Source: Candidatus Udaeobacter sp. (GTDB lineage: Bacteria; Verrucomicrobiota; Verrucomicrobiia; Chthoniobacterales; UBA10450). Taken from it: a stretch of 60,370 nucleotides of DNA. The position numbers and the translations under genes are program-made. Shown here in pieces: positions 56,501-60,370 of the stretch (positions are counted from its first letter, which is position 1; every line of letters starts with the position of its first letter). Location: positions 1 to 60,370 of the forward strand of contig DASXMV010000037.1 of NCBI GenBank assembly GCA_036495465.1. The letters run 5' to 3'. The notes under the pieces are model-generated. The model did not search any database. It was given only the letters and a program-made list of their open reading frames with translations, and was not told the origin of the DNA.

Positions 56501-57319
56501 ATGACACAAGACACACGCACTCATCTCGACGAGCTAGAGAACCAAAGCATCTTTATTTTCCGCGAGGCGTACCATGCTTTTAAGAATATTGCGATGCCCT
56601 GGTCGATGGGTAAGGACTCAAACGTACTCGTCTGGCTTGCGCGAAAAGCTTTCTTCGGGCGCGTTCCCTTTCCAGTCCTGCATATTGATACGACTTACGA
56701 GTTTCCGGAGATGCTTGAGTTCCGCGAACGGGCGAGAAAAAATCACAACCTCAATCTCATTGTTAAGATCAACGAAGAAGCACGTGCACGCGGGATTGGT
56801 TACGAGACGCATGATCCGGTAACTGTTACGCATGAATTGAAGACAGTGGCGTTACAGCAGGCACTCGCCGAGTACAAATGGGACGCGCTTATCACCGGTA
56901 TTCGGCGCGATGAAGATCCGACTCGGGCCAAGGAACGATATTTTTCACCGCGTAACGCGCAGTTTGAATGGGATTACAAGGATCAGCCTCCTGAATTCTG
57001 GAGCCAGTTCGTAACCACAGCAGCCAAAGGCGAGCATGTCCGTATCCAACCCTTGCTTGACTGGACCGAGGTGGATATCTGGCGCTATATCCAAAAAGAA
57101 AACATACCCATCCCGCAAATGTATTTTGCACGAAACGGGAAACGATTCCGATCTGTAGGTTGCCGGCCTATTACTCACCCCATCGAAAGCAATGCCTCTA
57201 CAATTGATGAAATCATCGCCGAATTGGAAGCGACGAAAACGAGTGAGCGCGCCGGCCGCGCCCAGGATCATTACGAGCGCAACGCAATGCAGAAGTTAAG
57301 GGCGAAAGGGTTTCTATGA
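56501..57319 (+). CDS. cysD: sulfate adenylyltransferase subunit 2
   Basis: 272 aa with PP-loop '[18 protein letters not shown]', 'GIRRDE' and a C-terminal 'ERAGRAQD...KGF'. It aligns by eye with E. coli CysD but lacks one internal insertion. Confidence 0.92.
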   Translation: MTQDTRTHLDELENQSIFIFREAYHAFKNIAMPWSMGKDSNVLVWLARKAFFGRVPFPVLHIDTTYEFPEMLEFRERARKNHNLNLIVKINEEARARGIGYETHDPVTVTHELKTVALQQALAEYKWDALITGIRRDEDPTRAKERYFSPRNAQFEWDYKDQPPEFWSQFVTTAAKGEHVRIQPLLDWTEVDIWRYIQKENIPIPQMYFARNGKRFRSVGCRPITHPIESNASTIDEIIAELEATKTSERAGRAQDHYERNAMQKLRAKGFL

Positions 57320-59214
57320 GCGACAAGGCAAACGCTCAACGCTCAGCTCCAGATGTTGCTCCAAAACTGCGCGTCGTCTTTGTCGGTCATGTCGATCATG
57401 GAAAGTCCACGCTGATCGGTCGCATTTTGCACGACACCGGTGCCTTACCCGAAGGCAAGGTGGAAGAAATAAAAAAGGCATCCGCGGCAGAAGGGATGGG
57501 ATTTGAATTCGCGTTTTTGCTCGATGCACTTCTTGAGGAGCAAAAACAAAACGTCACGATCGACACAACCGAGATCAATTTTCGAACGCCGCGACGCCAA
57601 TACGCCATTATCGATGCGCCAGGACACAAGGAATTTTTGAAGAACATGATCACAGGCGCCTCGAGAGCCGATGCGGCGATCCTGGTGATCAGCGCGGACG
57701 AAGGGGTGCGCGAGCAAAGCCGCCGTCACGCCTACCTGCTCGGTATGCTCGGGATCAAGCATGTCATTGTGATCGTCAACAAAATGGATCTTGTGGATTA
57801 CTCCGAGAAACGATTTCGCGAGATCGAGCAGGAATATCGCAAGTTTCTTCGCGAACTTGGATCGGATGCGCGGACGTTTATTCCGGCCTCGGCGAAGGAA
57901 GGCGAGAATGTTGCGCGGGCGAGCATGAAGATGAAGTGGTACTGCGGAGCAAGTGTTCTCGAATCACTTGATTTGCTGGAGCCGCAGCATCGCGATGTTG
58001 ATCTGCCACTTCGCTTTTGTGTTCAAGATGTCTATCGCTTCGACGGACGGCGGATTATCGCGGGACGGATCGAGACGGGAACACTGAGGGCGGGGGACCA
58101 GCTGGTATTTTCGCCAGCGAACAAGTCGTCGGTCGTTGCCGCGATCGAGCGTTGGAACGTTCAGGAAAATGGTCCGGCCGTTGCGGGAGATTCAATCGGG
58201 ATCACACTCGGCGAGCAGATTTTCGTCGAACGCGGCTATGTCGCCTCGCATGAAAATGAAACGCCTATCGAAGCAAATCGTTTTCACGCGGATGTTTTTT
58301 GGATAGTGCGCGAACCGCTGCGCATTGGACATTTGTACGGGCTGAGGCTGGCAACACAGGACGTGAAATGTGAGATCGTATCGATCGAGCGAGTCACGGA
58401 TTCTTCGACACTCGAGAGCAAAGTCGACGGACGCGAACAATTGGAGCGAAACGAAATTGGCAGACTCATAATTCAAACGCGCGGACGACTCGTGATCGAC
58501 AACCACGATCGCATTCCGAACCTTGGACGCTTTGTTGTCATAGACGACGGACAAATCTGTGGTGGCGGAACCATTTTCGGCGGTGTCTACACGGATCGCA
58601 CCGTCGCAAAGAGTAAGAATATTTTCTGGACAGAGGGCAAAATAACCGCCGGCGCGCGCGCAATACGGAGCGGCCATCGAGGCGCAGTGATCTGGTTGAC
58701 CGGGCTTTCTGGCGCCGGGAAATCGACCGTTGCACAGGCACTAGAACGCGACCTGTTCCAGCGCGGCATGCACACCTACGTGCTCGATGGCGACAACATC
58801 CGGCATGGATTGAATTCCAACCTTGGGTTCGCGCCGGACGACAGGGTCGAAAACATTCGGCGTGTAAGCGAGGTGGCCAAGCTGATGGCGGACGCTGGCA
58901 CTGTGGTAATAACCGCGTTCATCTCGCCCTATCGGATGGATCGTAGCCGCGCCCGCGAGATCGCATTGGAAAGTGATGCGGAGTTTATCGAAGTGTTCGT
59001 TGATGCGCCCCTGGAAGTTTGTGAAGCGCGCGATCCAAAGAATCTCTATAAGAAAGCACGCGCTGGCCAGATTCGTGAATTCACTGGCATTGATGCGCCT
59101 TACGAAGCTCCCGAGGACCCTGAGATTGTGGTCCACACGGATCGGCAAAGCGTCGAAGAATCGGTCGCGACGATCCTTGAGCAGCTGCTGCCGCGATTAA
59201 AGGCTGTTGAATAG
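57316..59214 (+). CDS. cysNC: bifunctional sulfate adenylyltransferase subunit 1 / adenylylsulfate kinase
   Basis: 632 aa. The N-terminal translational-GTPase motifs are '[13 protein letters not shown]', 'DAPGH' and 'NKMD'. The C-terminal APS kinase has P-loop '[11 protein letters not shown]' and '[11 protein letters not shown]'. It has a 4-nt overlap with cysD. Confidence 0.93.
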   Translation: MSDKANAQRSAPDVAPKLRVVFVGHVDHGKSTLIGRILHDTGALPEGKVEEIKKASAAEGMGFEFAFLLDALLEEQKQNVTIDTTEINFRTPRRQYAIIDAPGHKEFLKNMITGASRADAAILVISADEGVREQSRRHAYLLGMLGIKHVIVIVNKMDLVDYSEKRFREIEQEYRKFLRELGSDARTFIPASAKEGENVARASMKMKWYCGASVLESLDLLEPQHRDVDLPLRFCVQDVYRFDGRRIIAGRIETGTLRAGDQLVFSPANKSSVVAAIERWNVQENGPAVAGDSIGITLGEQIFVERGYVASHENETPIEANRFHADVFWIVREPLRIGHLYGLRLATQDVKCEIVSIERVTDSSTLESKVDGREQLERNEIGRLIIQTRGRLVIDNHDRIPNLGRFVVIDDGQICGGGTIFGGVYTDRTVAKSKNIFWTEGKITAGARAIRSGHRGAVIWLTGLSGAGKSTVAQALERDLFQRGMHTYVLDGDNIRHGLNSNLGFAPDDRVENIRRVSEVAKLMADAGTVVITAFISPYRMDRSRAREIALESDAEFIEVFVDAPLEVCEARDPKNLYKKARAGQIREFTGIDAPYEAPEDPEIVVHTDRQSVEESVATILEQLLPRLKAVE

Positions 59215-59278
59215 ACATCCTCCAATGGACGCGCGAAACCTGCGCGGAGACTGTCTTGCTAATCATTACCATTTTGGA

Positions 59279-59713
59279 ATGTTGATTCGTGACGCAGAGT
59301 TGGGCGACGCAGCAGAGCTTGCGGCGCTGATGCGCGAGCTCGGGTATGAAACCGACGACATAGAAATGGAAACGCGCCTAAAGTCGATCCTTTCGAACCC
59401 GGCCTATAAAACTTTTGTCGCCATCGTGGATGGCTGCGTCTGTGGAATGGTCGGGACTGTGACGTATCCAAGCTATGAGCATAACGATCCGGGCGGGCGA
59501 GTTCTCGCCCTGGTGACATCAAGTCCTGCACGCAGGCGCGGAATTGGTCGTGCGCTGGTTGCGACTGCGGAGAAAGATTTTGCCCAAAGAGGCATCAGGC
59601 GCATTGCATTGAATACGCACCTTACCCGAGAGGATGCGCATAAATTTTACGAATCACTCGGTTACGAGCGAAATGGGTGGCGATTCGTGAAGCAACTTTC
59701 GGTCGGCGATTGA
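59279..59713 (+). CDS. GNAT-family N-acetyltransferase
   Basis: The acetyl-CoA motif A 'RRRGIGRALVATAE' is present, followed by 'AHKFYESLGY'. I prefer the ATG at 59279 (MLIRDAELGD...) over the track start at 59207, which overlaps cysNC. Confidence 0.8.
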   Translation: MLIRDAELGDAAELAALMRELGYETDDIEMETRLKSILSNPAYKTFVAIVDGCVCGMVGTVTYPSYEHNDPGGRVLALVTSSPARRRGIGRALVATAEKDFAQRGIRRIALNTHLTREDAHKFYESLGYERNGWRFVKQLSVGD

Positions 59714-59827
59714 TGTGAGTGGTTTTGGTCGAGATCGGAGTGTTCTTGCTATCCAGCAAAAGAGCCATTGCAATTGGAGCGGTAACCGCAATGCGTCGCT
59801 AAAAGGTAGCAATCGAACGGCAGCAGA

Positions 59828-60370
59828 ATGGAGAGACAGGTTGCCATAAACACGTCCCTGCGAGCCTTGTGCAAATGTTTGTGGGTCATCTCTTTGATTT
59901 CTAGCTGCGCTTGGCAAGTTTTCGCCCAGGATGCTGCATCTGGACCTTCGGAAGCCGCGGGAGTGACAGTCACGGGAGAAGCGATAGGATCGTTGACTAC
60001 GCTATCCCCCGAAGACTCTGGGATGCAGAAGACGCAAATTCCTGGAGCGTTCACAGTCAAGACAAACGCGGACATGGACCTCGGTCGCGCGTCAAACTTT
60101 GAAGATCTGCTGCAACGAACCCCGGGCGTTTTCCTTCAATCTGAAAACGGCATGGAGGTTTCCAAGATTTCGATTCGAGGGTCCGTTATCACATCCGAAG
60201 ACGAGCCACTCGGCGTGATGTTTTTAATGGACGGCTTGAACTTCAACCAGGGCGATGGTGAAACAACTCTCGAGGATATTAATGTTGCGGTGATCAGTCA
60301 TGCGGAAATCTTTCGGGGCGCCGATGCATTTAAATATGGTGCACTGACCCTTGGTGGCGCCATTAATCTC
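59828..60370 (+). CDS. TonB-dependent outer-membrane receptor, N-terminal signal peptide + plug domain (runs off the right edge)
   Basis: Absent from the ORF track because there is no stop. My translation from the ATG at 59828 reads MERQVAINTSLRALCKCLWVISLISSCAWQVFAQDAAS...FEDLLQRTPGVFLQSENGMEVSKISIRGS...ISHAEIFRGADAFKYGALTLGGAINL. This gives a signal peptide plus plug-domain blocks ('IRG', 'EI.RG......G....GG.IN') typical of TBDRs. Confidence 0.8.
   Translation, partial: MERQVAINTSLRALCKCLWVISLISSCAWQVFAQDAASGPSEAAGVTVTGEAIGSLTTLSPEDSGMQKTQIPGAFTVKTNADMDLGRASNFEDLLQRTPGVFLQSENGMEVSKISIRGSVITSEDEPLGVMFLMDGLNFNQGDGETTLEDINVAVISHAEIFRGADAFKYGALTLGGAINL

Overview
The window is a 60.4 kb bacterial chromosomal segment, about 52% GC by eye, densely coding on both strands. 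There are no rRNA genes, CRISPR arrays, integrases or transposases. The gene content suggests a diderm soil bacterium of PVC/Verrucomicrobiota-like character, but that is inference only.

Most of the window is housekeeping:
- gyrB and the start of gyrA
- psd-pssA
- thiE
- tRNA-Arg(ACG)
- purB, purE and pyrG
- aroK and queG
- tsaC
- LPS-core genes hldA-gmhB-kdsB
- phoH plus an HD-domain membrane protein
- a nuoB-nuoC pair
- cysD-cysNC
- a MacAB-type efflux operon

The less ordinary parts are:
1. A Stf0-type sulfotransferase sits between gyrB and gyrA.
2. A split, convergent type II secretion-like cluster (gspH-I-J-K-L-M plus a PilP/GspC-like gene, facing gspF-unknown-gspG) has no secretin or ATPase nearby.
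3. An accessory-looking block at about 25.0-36.3 kb is bracketed by two paralogous GT-B-like proteins. It holds an orphan Pup-ligase/Dop-family carboxylate-amine ligase with no proteasome, Mpa or Pup-like ORF beside it. It also holds a frameshifted DUF5069-like gene, an ICMT-like methyltransferase, a tandem S1C/PDZ protease pair (one copy has lost the catalytic His and Asp), an LbH acetyltransferase and an MsbA-like ABC exporter.
4. Two classes of small intergenic repeat are present: heptamer arrays, and a 'GTCATTC...GAATCTC' palindromic element.
5. A 0.7 kb partly AT-rich gap carries a well-signalled 62-codon orphan ORF.

All functional calls come from motif recognition by eye. No database searches were run.
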